A stretch of DNA of 64,000 nt from Leptogorgia sarmentosa (lineage: Eukaryota): NCBI GenBank assembly GCA_964658305.1, contig OZ210885.1:7936001-8000000 (forward strand). The letters run 5' to 3'. The notes under the pieces were generated by a model. It worked only from the letters and a program-made list of their open reading frames with translations, was not told the origin of the DNA and did not search any database. Numbering within the stretch: the first letter of the stretch is position 1; each line of letters begins with the position of its first letter. The position numbers and the translations under genes are program-made. This document shows, piece by piece, positions 12,301 through 27,300 of the stretch.

Positions 12301-15300
12301 TGTACGTGGCTGAGGTCCGTTTATTGCTTTTCCAATTAGAATTTCATTCGCAGAACTATTCGAAGGCTCCGAATAGTTCTCTTCTGATCTCAGATTGTTG
12401 ATTGTACTTCACAATTCACGATATATAGCATACAGGCATGGGGTTTTAAGATTACCAAAAACATTTTTTTAAACATGATAAAAAGTGGGTGGGGACAACT
12501 TGATATTCGTCCGCCCACCCCCACCCCCCCCCCCCCAGGATTGACGCCCTTGGTAGCTAGCTGAAACAATTTTGTTGGCTTTTAAATTGTGCTTGGATGT
12601 TGACAGTATATTAATTGTTATAAATATTACAGTCAAACTTTTACTGTTGTCATTGTTTCTGCTTTATAGGAACTTATTTCAGTGTGCTTCTTTTTAACGA
12701 ACTTTTTTGCCTTTTGGGTATAATTGAAGCAGAAGAGATGTTAATTAAATGGCTATAATATGTTCGATATGAAATACCAGAATTAAAATGCATATCATAT
12801 GCAGAATTCAGGAGAATATTTCGTAGAGTTAGCATAGTAAAAATGTGAAGCTAAGAGGTATAATTAAGAGGCCATCCACAACAGTTCAACCGAGGGCCGA
12901 CACTGGAGATTTACGCCGCTGAATTTGCAACGTAAAACAAACATTTTGTAATCGTACTTTCAAGTATTTTTATTTGAAGAAAATATAATTATTTTAATTT
13001 AATTAATAAAAGTATTCTAATATTCAATTTGGTACCGGCGGGGTAACATATTTCCGAAAGTATCATCATTTGCGGAGTTATTTGACAAACATAATATGAA
13101 AAGGATTTAATTTTTTCTCCAATGGCATCGTTGCTGGCGTTCCTTCAGAACCGTTAAATCCGTACACGTAGGCAAAATCTTATTTCTTATCGAAACTCGC
13201 GCACTTTAATACTAACCTTTAAGCAGAGCGGAAGTCGAGAAAACGTTTATGGAAATTTTCGTTTACCTATTCTGAACAACATTTTGATATCATTGTTTGA
13301 CTTTTGTTTAAGATGCTTACCATGGTATGTTCCAATAAACACTCGCTGATCATCTGCACTGAAATCCAGAGCATTAACTAAAATATCCCCTTGGAACACA
13401 AAAAGCTGTTCATAATTCTCCATTCTCCAAAGGATTGTACTTCCGTCCCACGACCCCGACGCTAGTATTGTTCCACTTTGTGACACAGCCACACAACTAA
13501 CTCTCTTAGAATGTCCCAGTAGTTGTTGAACTTCTCTACCTGTTTATAAAATAAGATAGTACGTACATAAAAGGTGTAATAGGTAATTTTCACTCACATC
13601 GTTACTACATTGGGAGTATTTTTCAAAACATTGCGGCGATAAAATAAATGATTGAGATAAGTAAGTACATTAACTAACCCATCAGCTACACTCTGTTTAC
13701 ACCGCTAACTTCCATTTATACTATTACGTCCCTATAGCAACTTAAACAGCAATGTAAGCGATAGACAAACACCGAAACGATCTTTAATACTAAAAACAAA
13801 ATAACTGTAATTTTGCGGAATTCACTGTGGCGTGTTTTACAGGCGTGTGTTTTCATTCGTTACTTCTTGGGATTTCATAAAAGTATGCCCTCATTTTGTT
13901 GTGCAAGTCCATAGATATAGGTATCGAGCCAACTTGAACGCTTGGGTAAGACTCGCCACCAGTCTCGGTTAACTTTGGCTCGATAACTAAAGTGGTAGAG
14001 TAACGGTCAAGTAACCTATACACGTTGTCTGTTGCTGTTTTGATGTAACAAATTCGATGTTTTATTAAATCGTAAATTTCACCAACCACATACTATACAA
14101 ATATGGGTTTAATTGTAAAACATCCACATGCACATATGGCTGTTTTCCAAAGCCGAACAGTTTACTGAAATTTATAATATATTTACTACTGTTTAGATAA
14201 AATTTAGTGGCTGACCGGTGTTGCTGGTAGAACAGAAAGTAGATAATTGGAAAGCATGCATGAGGCCATAAACAGGAAATGTTCAATACAGTGAATACCA
14301 ATGATTGCACAGGAATGTTGTCCTACTTGTATTTGTAATTACTGAAATTTCACATTTTAAAATTGGTAGACATCATTTATGCACACGATTTCTTAATAAT
14401 TGTATGTTTTATTGTTTAGAAGAAATAATATGTCACTCTGCCCGAATTGATTTTTATACTTTGATTAATATGTTGCAGACACAAGCATTCCCTCCAGCCA
14501 TTTGTGAGATTTTTTTATTTTTTACCCAGTAAACATTGATCCTGTTCAAGAAATGACTGAATTAATTTTTATCCCAGCGTAAATCTGGATGAACATGTCT
14601 CTTCAAGTATCTAATCCAAATTTCAAATATCATCATATGGCGACGACTACCGAACATGATTGGCTAATTTTCTAGTGAATTCACTTTGAGTGTAAACCTT
14701 TGTTCCCTCACCCATATCAACTGCATATTAACTATATTCTCATTTCAATGAATAACCAAGGTCAAAGCTTTTGTTTAGCTACAAAGGCATGTATGAATAT
14801 GTTTAATATATAGTCATAATATATACGCTATAATTCAATTTGTCTTCTTCTAAAACTGAAACTTTTTTCAAAAACCGGGGCAGTGGGCTACAGGTCATAA
14901 AAATTTGGATAATTATCCGTGTAACGAAATGAGATTCGGATGGCGTAATATTAGTAATACTTACTTATTTGCGCGAAATATGACGTGTGTATACAGTGGT
15001 TTATTTTACACTGCACCAATATAGTTTTTTTGTAATTTTATCAAACTGTAGCTATTACAAGATTTTTCTGTCATTCTTAATAGAAAGACAACTGCATTGT
15101 GGATAAGTTCAAAAATGGTGTCATAGCAATTTTGTAGCAGAGGATTAGGGACCTTAAGATCTACAACGTGACCAACTCGACGACGAGCTTTTCGAACAAA
15201 CAAATTTTTATGCTGAACAAAAACCAAGTATAAATTGTGGTATCAACGGCTTTTTTGTTATCAACGCAACATAAGCTAAGCATTATAACGTCTTCAAAGC

Positions 15301-18300
15301 AACGTGAAGATTGATTACAACGTGAGAGCTGTAACTTCAAGTTGACAACACAGCAACGGTCGCATTGCTTTAATTGAACCTGTGTAGCTGTTTCTTGAAA
15401 AAATTCCAACATCTATTTAAAGCATAAAAAGGTCAGCACTCATTTTCAAGCTGAAATTTAGACCCCCAGCCGTTGAACAAAGACCTCAACGGGTAGTACC
15501 CAATATTTCTCAATTGAGAACACGGGTAATGCCCACGCTGGACTATCGCCTAAGCTTGCTGGTCGGCGTTTCAGTATTACTCTTGATATGGTTATATTAG
15601 TGTTAGATATAAACCATTTTTCTATATATTAAGAATTTCCTTAATCCCAACCCAAACCCTAGAATCCTAACCCTGACCATCGTGGTCAGATAAATATTGA
15701 GGAAAAAAAAGTTTTCATCACTAACGCTAAAAAATGTTTTCGAACTGGGGCTTGAACTATAGAACTGTAACGTACGCACCGCGCGCCTTGCCACTTGAGC
15801 TACATCGAGCTCGCTGCTCACCACTCTGGCCTGGCTAAATGCATATGATTATAGACCCGGGCAATTACTGTTCATAATTTACCAGGCCAGGCTATTTAGA
15901 CGATAGTCCAGCGTGGGCATTACCCATGTTCTCAATTGAGAAATATCGGGTACTACCCGTTGAGGTCTTTGTTTAACGGGTGAGACCCCGTCGTCGAGTT
16001 TGTGGCGTTTTAGATCTTAAGGTCCCTACTATCAATTATTGGACGACGTCGCACGAAATACCGCGAGTTATCGTTGGCGAGCGGATCAATTATTTGACGA
16101 TTCCGAGAAGCAGGTAAGTAATCTGAGAACAACCGATATATAACTGAAGCAAAGCATAGCCACATTACCTAGAGTGATGCGAAGCATAATAGGACGAGCC
16201 CTGAGGCCAGTGGCCAGTGAGCTCCATGAGATTATAGCGCCGTGAAATTTCCGATGTAATCAACTACTGCACATGTGACAGCAGGTAAGTCAAACATGTA
16301 CTTTATTAAACATTTTTATCTATATTTAGTTCATTATCAGCGCTAACAAAAAGAATTGAAGCTGAAGGCTAGTACAACGTTTCTTGACAAGGGGTGATTT
16401 TGCACTGCAAAGTTTTGTTAATTAATAACGTCACCCGAGTGGCTTTGCGAAATTGAGAGCGATTTCAAATTTGCTCAGTTTTTTATACACGTATATATCG
16501 CGCAGCCGCTCAACTTGCATAACTCAGAACTGATAATTCTTTCAAATGTGAGTGAGGATATGGTTGCAGAGGCGGCATTGAATCTGTGTTTTAGTTTTCC
16601 AGACCGACGATCGGTCAAAAAAAAAACTATTGAAAACCCCGAACCTCGCCATTAGTTTATCCATAGTACGTTACCACATGGTTACCTACCTGTGTCAAGA
16701 TCAAAGATTGTGATTGAACCATTCCCTAAACCACAAATGACAAGGGTAGCGGATGAGGTATTGGACGTCGCTAATGACCATACTTCTAAATCAAACGTTT
16801 TTCGAAAGATCTCTGGGCCTCCAAGATCTAAACATGAGAATTCCGGTATAAGACGGCAAGTCTCCGTGCATGTTGCACGGAGTTGCTCTAATAGCGTCTT
16901 TATCCCCGGAAACTCTTCATAAGATAGCAGTCTGCCTGGAAAAGAAAAATACACAGCAGTATTAGCGCACGTAACAAATTCAGAAAATTTAAAATAGCGT
17001 TTAAAGATGAAGACAAATATTGACCAGGAAAATATTAAAACTGAACAACTAACGGGCCTATCTGATTATACTATATATATCTGTTTCTTGATTATTAAAA
17101 CAATAGGTTCATCATATGAGTTCTTTTCTTATTTCTAAAGGAAGTTTTTCATTATTTTAACAAAATGTTCGTTCCCCTTCAGTGACATTCATATAAAGGG
17201 GACATAAAGTAATATCAAAGTTTGAAACTGTTTTGTTTTGTTTGGGGGGGTGTAAATCATAATGTAGACCGATTCGATCTGGGGGCATGCCCCCCCGGGA
17301 AAATTTTGAAATTTTGGTCTCGGAAATGGCATTTCCAGCGTTTTGAGAGCATGTTATCTGTTAGAAGGAAGGTGTTAGAACGCCTGTCCGCACAACACCA
17401 TTAGAGACCTTAAGATTACACGACGGCGACTTCAACGGCAACAGCAACGTTGAATGAGCTGGGCCGAATTTGAGGGTAGCGAATGTCACGAGGCGCCACC
17501 ATGGTTGGCGCCGAGGGAGAAATTTTTGAACTTTTACAACCGCTGGATTGCCGGAAACGACGATTTCAGAGTTCTAACTCCACTTTTTTGGTACGCTCGT
17601 TCAGGTGAACGACTGGAGGATTGTTGACATTACCTTATTCCTCAGATTTTTGCCCGAATTATGCCCAAAATCAGTGCCCGAATTTTCCAATTTGAAATTA
17701 CTGCAAAGTCAGCAAAAACTAGTTCACCCGTTACTTCCGGTTGGTGTTGCCGTCACAGTTTTCTCGCAATCTTAAAGTCCCAAATGACGCCTGTCCGCAT
17801 AACACCATTCGTAAACTGCATAATCACTTTACTTTTTATAATTTATTGTTATGAATGCAGCCGGTCTCGAGATAATATGTCGGTCTTCGCTCAGCAACGC
17901 ATTTAATCCTTCTATTGCGTAATTTTGTATTTTGAGACCTGTTGTACGTATTTTGAGACCGACTGGCCAGTGACTTTGGGGGGGTGGACCACCCCCCCAC
18001 ACACTCCCATATTTACGCCCCTGGGTATCAATTCTGTGTGCGTAATACAAAAATATACCAATTTTGAAAACTTCACAGGGGTATATTTCTCGCATTTTAC
18101 ATCATTTCGCAACCAAACTCTGCAATTGTACTAACTTTGGAATGCTCTTTAACGCTGTTATTTTGAATTGTATATTATTTCGAGGTTTTTGAAAATTTTC
18201 TCTATTATGTAAGCGGTCAATTCACGCCCTTTTTACAATGCCAGAAAGCATAAAACATCGCTTCGCAAAACAAAAGTAGAAAGACTGTTAAAGTTCTGTG

Positions 18301-21300
18301 AATTCGCAAAGCACCGATCTCATGCTTAACACCAAAAAATACTTTATTCCAATACAACAGAACGTTACTTCCTACAGTTTTGTAAATTCTTAATATTATT
18401 GATTATTTAATGTCTAACTGAATTTGATTCCAATCTCCAATAATATATGGTGTGGGTGAATGACAGTGACTGTTAAAATCGACCAATCGCATGCATACTT
18501 TGTGTGAATCATGGGCGTGTATTACCCACGGAGACGCATCATATGTAAGAACCGCGTATATATACGAACTAGCTGGTTAACAACAGAGAATCTTTGTTTT
18601 CGGATAGCATGCCTAATGGAGTATTTATAAAGATAGGTATAACATTCATGAAGTAATACTTCGCGTTATATAGTGTGGTAACGACCCAAAACAATTGCCA
18701 TTCATCTACATGCAAGCGTACTTGGGCAGTGGTGGTAGCCGTTTCGACGTATCGAGCAAAGACCCTTAGTCGTTAATTAGTAGTTGGGTCGGGGGAAAAC
18801 ACAAGGGTTTTTATATTAGTGAATATAATGGAAACCAAGTAAAAAGCAATCGGAAGGATTTGATACACCAGCTTTCAAAAGCCTTTTGTAGAAATGTGGA
18901 ATCTTATTATATCGTATTATTTAGGTAGTGAAACAAAATTTAGCAAAAAAAAATAAAGTAATTACCTAACAGCTGTGGACCAATAGAATGCAAATTCTTC
19001 TCGATAACCGTCGAAGACAGCATCAACGACGTCTTGAGCAGTTCGATTTCTTTCGAGGGAGGGTCCAGAAAACGAAAATCTGATATTAAGGAGGGGAGAT
19101 CGAATTGATTCACCTTTTCATAAAGCCAGTTAAAATTGAAGAACAGTTTATGTAGTTCATCAAATTGCTCGGAGGAATGGAGGTGATAGGTCAGGTACTT
19201 GAAATAATAATCCTTGTTGCCTTCAAATTTTCCCCAATCTCCGTTCTCGGAATGACCACGAAGTGCCTCCACGAACAAACACTGGACAGAACTTAGTTTG
19301 CCTCCCAGTTTTGCACGTGCAAAACCCAAAAGGAGATCGTGGAGACGGTAGGTCTTCTTTCCATGTAAATCAGATCCTGAAAATTAGCGTCATAAGGCGA
19401 ATTTCAATTATTAAGTGTAAAATTTTGGTTCGTGATCGCTTTCTTTTGAAATGCTTGCAATTTAATGTTAATGAGAATCGTTGACTGTTTGTATTTCAAA
19501 ATAAAGCGTTCGCTAAAAGTCGATCGCGCGCCATTTCGCACTGAATTAAATTCTGCCGTTAGAGAACATAGTCACATATGGTGATTCGAAACGTTTTTGT
19601 ACAGGACACTAGAGCAGTCTGGGACTGCAGTCAGGCTATAGTACAGTAATTTTTCAGATTTAGTATACTCCAGGGCGATGGAAGTATTTTCCATTCAATT
19701 CCATTCGTTACTCATCTAGCAATGCCAGAGGAAAACACGGAAAATATTGGGCAAATGAACGGGCAAATTTGGCTTGCCCACATATGAGTCAACATATGAT
19801 TAAAGCTGAAAATTAATTTCCTTAGGCTTGTTTGCAATTGACGTTGGTTTGATTAAATGTTCAGCCTAACAACGTGTTGACAGTTAATATACAGCTTTCG
19901 CAAAAGGAGCTGTAGTTAAAAAATATTTCAGAAACTTCTCGTCGTAAGCGTGAATTTCATTTCATTATGGTGCATGAAGCAACAGACAAATTTAGCGATC
20001 GCAAAAGTTTAAAAATAAGACAACAAGCACAAAACTAACATCATAGTTGGAAACAGCGTGCTGAAATTAGTATGAAAGCAAAGTTTGAAGAATAGAAATG
20101 ATAAAATGGGGAAATTGTGCCCATGCAAATTTAGCACAATTTACATACTATTTATGACGCAGAAGTAAGTTAATACACATTATCGTCTGAAATGGATATA
20201 ATTTACTTTGTGCTGATAAAATAGTACACAAAATGAATGTGTCTGGCAATGATATTCCCATTTTATGACATTTCTTCTTTAAACTTTGCAATTATGGTAA
20301 TTTTTGCACGCTGTTTCCAACTGTGGCGATAGATTTTTGTCTATTATCATGTACCCTGTCTTCATTTACCTTGTTGAATCATCGACTTCTTTTCGAGCTC
20401 ATCAAGTATACGTCTTCCTTCACGACGGCTGCACGAAGTTCTTCCGGCTACTTTGGAAGACCAAAACAGCTCAAGAATGTCTAATGGTACATCCGTATCT
20501 TCTGGAAATAAAGCGAAATCTAGAAACTTTTCTCGTATTTCTTCGTCCAAATGTTGAAAGCTGGCGTTAATGGCTGTTAAGACGTTATCGTAAGGATAAG
20601 CTTCGGCGGGATATATTGAACGTAATTTTACCAAGTCTGCTTTTTTGAGGTCATTTAAAACGTCTTCCCAGTCTTGTTCGTCGCGAGTGTCGGCTAAACT
20701 TGAACCCACAAGGGACAGAGCTAGCGGTAGATCGCCACAATGGTTTAACATTTCCTCTATAATTCGCCGCATGTTTGAGCTAAACTCGGACTGCTCGTCC
20801 TCGGTGACTTGGGCGCTTTGATACAAGAGCTTGTAAGATCCAGTCCGTTTTAAAAAATTGAGTTTATACAAAGCAGAACCTCGTAAACCGCGAACAACTT
20901 CAGAATTCCTTGTAGTTATTAATAATTGGCAATTTCCAGAGAGATGATCAAATACAGAAGCGTGGTTTACACTCCAAACATCATCAAGAATCACCAAGCA
21001 ATCTTTGTCACTCTGCAATACATAGAAAACTGCTTTATATACTGTCGCTGTGCTGGTGCTTTTCGAGTTTCTTGGGTAAAATTAACTGGGTCGAAGCAGA
21101 AGCAACGTTGCCACTGCTTCAGAATTATCAATAGATGGGTAGCCAAATCGATAATTGGAGAAGGCACATTCATATATCCGCGTTTACAAAGTTCAAAGAC
21201 ACTAGATTTCGAAAAAGTCATTAAGAATACGATTATACATGAATATGATCCCCGCGCATTATCGGGCTATGTATGGTACTGATTAAAAGGGCGACCCTCA

Positions 21301-24300
21301 CCTAGTGTATCCTCGTCTTTGTCATAGGCATACTGTAAGTGGTGAAAAGCTTACATGTGTGTTCGTTACTTTGCAACGAAAAAACCTGATATCCATCTCA
21401 TCACGCTAATCACTTTCTCGGTTTTCCTCTTATGGCGGAATCAGTGGGAGTTTACATAACGCGCTATTTGCATCACCAGTAACGTAACAATGATTTTGTG
21501 TAATAACGCATCATGAGTATTACAAAAAGTTAAAATAATACACACATACCGTGTTTGCTGTGACCCAGGATTGCGCTGCCCGGATGTCAGTGAACGAGGC
21601 TTCGCCACCAAGAACTTTTATGAGCAGGTTAATGAGTGATAAGCAGTCAGGAGTTTCCCCAACATCAAGCCATATTACCTGACGAGATTCTTTGGCAGAC
21701 CAAGCGACAGCCAGAGCTAAGATGGTCTTACCCAGACCCCCCATACCACGGATACCAACGACGTCACCGCTACGATTCCCGACCACACCAACTCGATTAT
21801 TTCCTTCTGTTAATAGTTTCAATATGTCGTTCACTTCTGACGGTCTTTCCACCATGTCACGAGGTAGACTGCGTAATCCATACGCAACTACAATATAAAA
21901 TAAACGGAATATGCTGGATGAATACAACTAAACAGGGATGGATCTACAATTCCCGTGCAAAATGAGACTTTAGCTACTTCAAACATTTTTCTCATATTCA
22001 CACATGAATTTATCCAGATCTTCTTCAATTTGTTTTAATATTTCCCCCCTTCCCCGTTAACAATTCTGCCTGGATCTTTTTGAGCAAACCAGATGGCGTG
22101 AGATCGTTGTTACAAGATTGTTTCAGGGGGAAATGGGGGACAAGTAGTTAGTCTGAACAATTTTTGTTTATTGATGTAGTTATCCGTTATACCTAAACTG
22201 TAGCCAGATGTTGAAGCATGTTATCATGAATTTATTAAACTTGTTGTCACAAACTATTCCAGAGGGGGAGAAGAAATATGAACTGCACGGTCCGCAGGGT
22301 TTGCCCGTAGAAAGTAGCCATTGAATATAGAATAAAATACTTGCATGCTACAAAGATATAGATGGAAATTAACATAAGAGTGCAATAGAATAAAACGTAA
22401 GATACAATTACGCTCTTCCTGTTCTATTAACCTTTCGCAGATTGGAACTTGTACAAAAAAATCTTGTACAACACTTATCCGGAACTATACACAACAACAT
22501 TCGATCCCGATTTACCCTGTACTTATTAATATATTCTTTAGATAGGACGTCTACTTGTCATTCCTAATTTTATCTATTTAAATGCTTGTATAAAAATATT
22601 ATAATAGTTACCCTAGTAGTTTGTATATTTTTAGTCAGGCTGACACCGTGCATTGGATCCAGTCCCGTTCTCGTGTATTTAGTATGTTTGTTACTGAATT
22701 AAAGTCAATATCATAAATCAAAATGACAATAAGGCACTTATGGACATAAATCAAAAGATGAAGCATTTAACCACTATCAGCAACGTTTAGGCATTCTTGT
22801 CGCAATTGAGCTGCGTCAACGTTTCACGAGTGTTTTTTATTTGGTTGTGACCTACGCAGTTAACCCGCCCAACATTAAAATTCATTTTTAGTGATGATGA
22901 GTGCGACAGCGCGTACTGCACTGCCAATGCTTTCGGATTCCCACTAAATCTGGGAAGTGTTAGAAGACATGTTGCATTCCTGTTGCCGTTTACTCTAACG
23001 AGATATTTTCCTACAAGAAATTCTTAGAAACAGAACGTTAAAGACCGGCAAGGTTCGTGGGGCACATAAATTTTGAAAATTGAATGGCTGCCTGATACTC
23101 TGCAAATTTTCCTGCATATCATATTCTGCATAAATAGTTTCCCATCTTTCCTAGTTAATTGAAACACCACCTTTTTTATCTGCAAAATCTGAATGCTCCG
23201 TCCTCGGCTTTTTCTGACGACATTCGATTTCATCTGTTTTCTCCGCCAGACGTTTAAGCTCCCTTGAATGATGTTCAAATTTCTCAGCTGCAGACCTTTC
23301 AATCTCTTTCATTTTGGATTGTATGTTATCGAGTTTCTCCATCACTGGATTTATCTGAATAGATAAAATTGATTTAGTAAATTCAATTTACGGGCTGAAA
23401 CAAATTTGAAATCACTCTCAACTTCACAAAGCGGGTTAAGGTGTGTGATGTAATAATAGTTATAATCTAACGTTATTAGTATAGGTAATTGTATGGTTTC
23501 GAGTGCAATTTGGAAATAACATGCACGAGCGAGTTTTTCTAGGACATTCTCGTTTTGTTCGACCGCTAATATACGAAATTGTTTCCAGGGCCGGATTAAC
23601 ATCGCGCGGGGCCTGTGGCAGATGTTCAGCGCGAGGCCTCTCACACATATTTGTTGAATTATATTTGTCTGGGCATATCACAGCATTACCGCAATTTCTG
23701 GGTTGTAGGAACGTTTTGGAATTTGGGCGCGCCGAGTTTCACGAGACGCCACCATGGTTGGCGTGGAGCGAGAAAATTTTGAGAATGTAGAGCCTCTAGA
23801 TCGCCGGAAACGGCCATTTCAGAGAGTTGTTTCACCGCGAAGGCCACAAAATAATTTTTAATACGCGAACAGTGAGTATTAAATTAAGTTTAAATGCGCG
23901 ACGTACAAGGGCCCCAAATTGACACGCAAACCAGGGAGCCCCAAATTGACACGCAAACCAGGGCCCCCAAATTGACACGCAAACCAGGGGGCCCCAAATT
24001 GACACGCAAACCAGGGGGCCCCAAATTGACAAGAAAACCACGGGGTCCCAAGTTGATGTGCAAACGGAGGGCCCCAAATTAAATTGTTATGCGAAACACG
24101 GCAGGAATCGACATACTTGGGGGGCAAATACGCAAATCACGAAGGGCCCCAAATTTGAACCACAAACCACAATGGGCGTATCATTTTCCAGAAAAGGGCG
24201 TGGCCTATCGAAGAGCGGGGCCCCTGTAAGCGCGGGGCCCGCGGCATATGCCGCATGCCATCTGCCACGTGGGTAATCCGGGACTGGTTGTTTCGCTTGT

Positions 24301-27300
24301 CCACCGAGCACTTGCTTGAACGAAGAGAAATCTCTGTCTCGTATTATAAAAAAGTTGTCATCATCGACTGCTGTTAATATCACTTTTAAGCTGTCAGCTT
24401 CATATTCATCGCCGTTTCTTTTTTTAATTCGTAGTTTTCGTTCAGCATAAAAACAATCGAGCAAAATATCTAATCTAACACCTCTTGCGGAATATTTTGT
24501 ATCTCGCGCTGTATTTCCTTTTCAATGCGCCATTTTCTCCGCACAATCAACCAAAAGACTAGATATCTTTGGTGGTATTTTCATTTTTCGAACTATTTTT
24601 AAGCCCCTCTATCATTTGTCTGTTCCTAAAAGAATCTACCCAAAGAGGCAGCCATTTTTTCATCCTCGAATAATTTCATATTTTGTTATTGTTCGCCAGA
24701 AATGGCTTAATCTGATTGGCTAGCTTTGTAATCTCAGCCAATCAGAAGGCATAAACATCTGAAGAAATTTGCACTAAATTTCTTTTTTTTGCACTGAATT
24801 TCCTTTTTGCCACTGTATTTCCTTAATATTGCACTGCTCTTAGCAATTCAGAATCGTGAAATTTTTTCATGTATATTATTAGATTAGAGATTAAGATGAG
24901 TATGTAAATTAATGAGACAATATATATGAGGCAAGGACAGAGTTCGTGGTTGTGTGGACGACAAGACAAGTAAAGAGGGCAGGGTCACAAGGATTCGAGA
25001 AGAATTAGTTGGAATTGAAAGCGTGTATCGAGGTGACTGAAAACAATCTTAGGCGAGAAGAGTAAAGTAAAATTGTTAGTTCCTGAATGAAAAAAAAGGT
25101 GACGAAGCGTAACTAGCGTGGCCTGCGTGGGGTGAACTAAGTTCCAACACTGAAAAGAATCAACTACGGTCTGATATCCTGAACTTTAAAGACAGTCGTT
25201 CTATACTTGGAGTGCTTTGGCAAACTGAAAATAAAACTCTTAGTCGATAAACGATAGAGTTATATCCACCTCTCGCCCAGCAACGCCGAGAAACCGAAGC
25301 CAGTCGCTTATACAGTTAATTCCCAAAATTTAATTCCCAAAATTCCTAAATAGAATTACTGAAGGAAAACTTGAAGGCAATTACCGAGCAAGTCCAGAAT
25401 CCTCGGGACAGAAACTACGCATTGTGGCTAGCTGAAGACAGATGACGGAAACTCTGTGGACTTGTTTTGTTTGAACTGCGACGCAAAATTGCTTCGCTGA
25501 TCTTTTACGGGATACCCACATGTGAGTTGTGCGTACCTATTATTTCCTCTCTTATAAATTGGCCCTTTTTTCTCAAAATTTTCGAATTGCAATCGAATAA
25601 TTTTTACGTCCTGTGAGGACGAAATATTTCAATGCTTGGTCGACACAGATGTAAAGTCGAATACGAGCTAAAATTTTTGTGACGACATTATACATAAGGT
25701 CTATTGAAATTTGATATGCAAGTTTCCTAGTTTGTTAACTTTTCAGAAATTTGTAGTTCAACGTTTGAACCTCAATAGCAATTTTGCAAGCAAAATAATT
25801 GTTATCTATCAAAATTTAGGTTTATCTCTTGCCTATGAGAATGGCTAAATTGTTTTGCTTAATGGGATGTCCCAGCCCCTTGGGGTAGTTTTTTCCCCCT
25901 GAAACAGTATTTTATTTATCAGTAATTGATATGTAGTGTGTTTTATTTATCAGTACACGCTTCGTTCTAAGTATTCTATTGCAAACGTGTCCCCAAAAAG
26001 TATGCACATGTTTGACTTGTAACGTTTAACGGGTAAAGCAAAACTCATAAAAACAGCATTATCGAAAAAAAGCACAGATTGCGTTCCCACGCTGAAAATT
26101 TGCACTCGCTCGCATTTGAAACATGTCTTATATTAATTTGAACAGCGTCTTCCTACTTATTCAACGACTGTTAAATGAAACATCAAAAGTTCCTCAAACC
26201 TTTGTGGCGTCCAAATCGTAGTTTTTGATACAACGGCAAAGTTCAGCTACACTTTCTGCAATTAGTTTTGCGTGACGACCGTCAACAAGAATGTCTGGAA
26301 ATAATGAAGAAAATTTATCTTGAGTATCACAAACACTATAAATATATCGCTGCTAATGCGCGTAGCACGAAGGATACATGGAAAAGCATGCCTTTCTGTC
26401 CATACAAACTATTTGATAAGCATGGTCTGTCGTCGTTATTAGCAAACTTCAATATGCGGCCAGAGTAGTGGATAGGGGATAACAACATCAGCAAGCAGCA
26501 CATGTCATACCCACTACCTAAACAATGCAAATAGGTTGGACGTTTTGAGTAAAGTAGATTTTTTGCATGATAGACATACAAAAATTTCAAAATCGTACAA
26601 TCCAGAGCAACAGCGTTAAAGAGTATCACAAAGTTAGTAAAACTGTAAAGTCTGGTTGAGAAATGTTTTAAAATGCGAAAAATATGACCCTGTAAAGTTT
26701 TCAAATTTTGTATATTTTAGTATTACCCATGCATTTATATCCTTATCGAGAAAAGTCTATCAATTTTGCGTGCCTAATGCTAAAATGAAAAAATTGGCAA
26801 AATTGTGTTAAACATTCCCGACTTTTGAATGATTGAAGTTTTGAACACAAATGTCCAACTGGAATTAGTACGATTTACGATGTCTAATTCATGTGAAAAT
26901 TTTGATTTTATGCATATGTCAGCATATATTAGTTGTACTACACTGTATATCATGTTGTTTACAGTATTAAAGGCATTTAACTTCTGCACTTATATGAAGG
27001 TCTAAAAATAAATCACTGTCACCAATTCAACACTAGATTTCTATGTAAAGTTTCAAAGTATAGCTACACTATTGGAGAATTTAATTTTTTTTATCTGTTC
27101 GACCCCATATAATTTCTACGATTGATCGTATTGAGAATCGCATTGAATTGTATATATGGTAATATATGAATAAAATTGGATGATAATAATAATAATAAAT
27201 GAATAATAAGAGAAATTCTTTCAACACATGGGGGTTTTCTTACCGGAGATAAAAAATGATCTGCGCAAAACATATTTAAAGGCATGATGAAATTCCGGCA

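Noticed and set aside
13853..14310. Intronic ORFs on gene A's strand as additional exons
   Set aside because: No WD40 or other recognisable motif, and the neighbouring exons already join in phase into a complete WD40 repeat.
26336..26704. ORF segment GSGYDMCCLLML...GMLFH with a plausible acceptor and donor, as a gene A exon
   Set aside because: The paralogous copy (about 52028) has a 2-nt insertion causing a stop and mostly non-synonymous changes. The segment is a copy of the dispersed repeat family, and the exon at 26294-26200 fits both genes.
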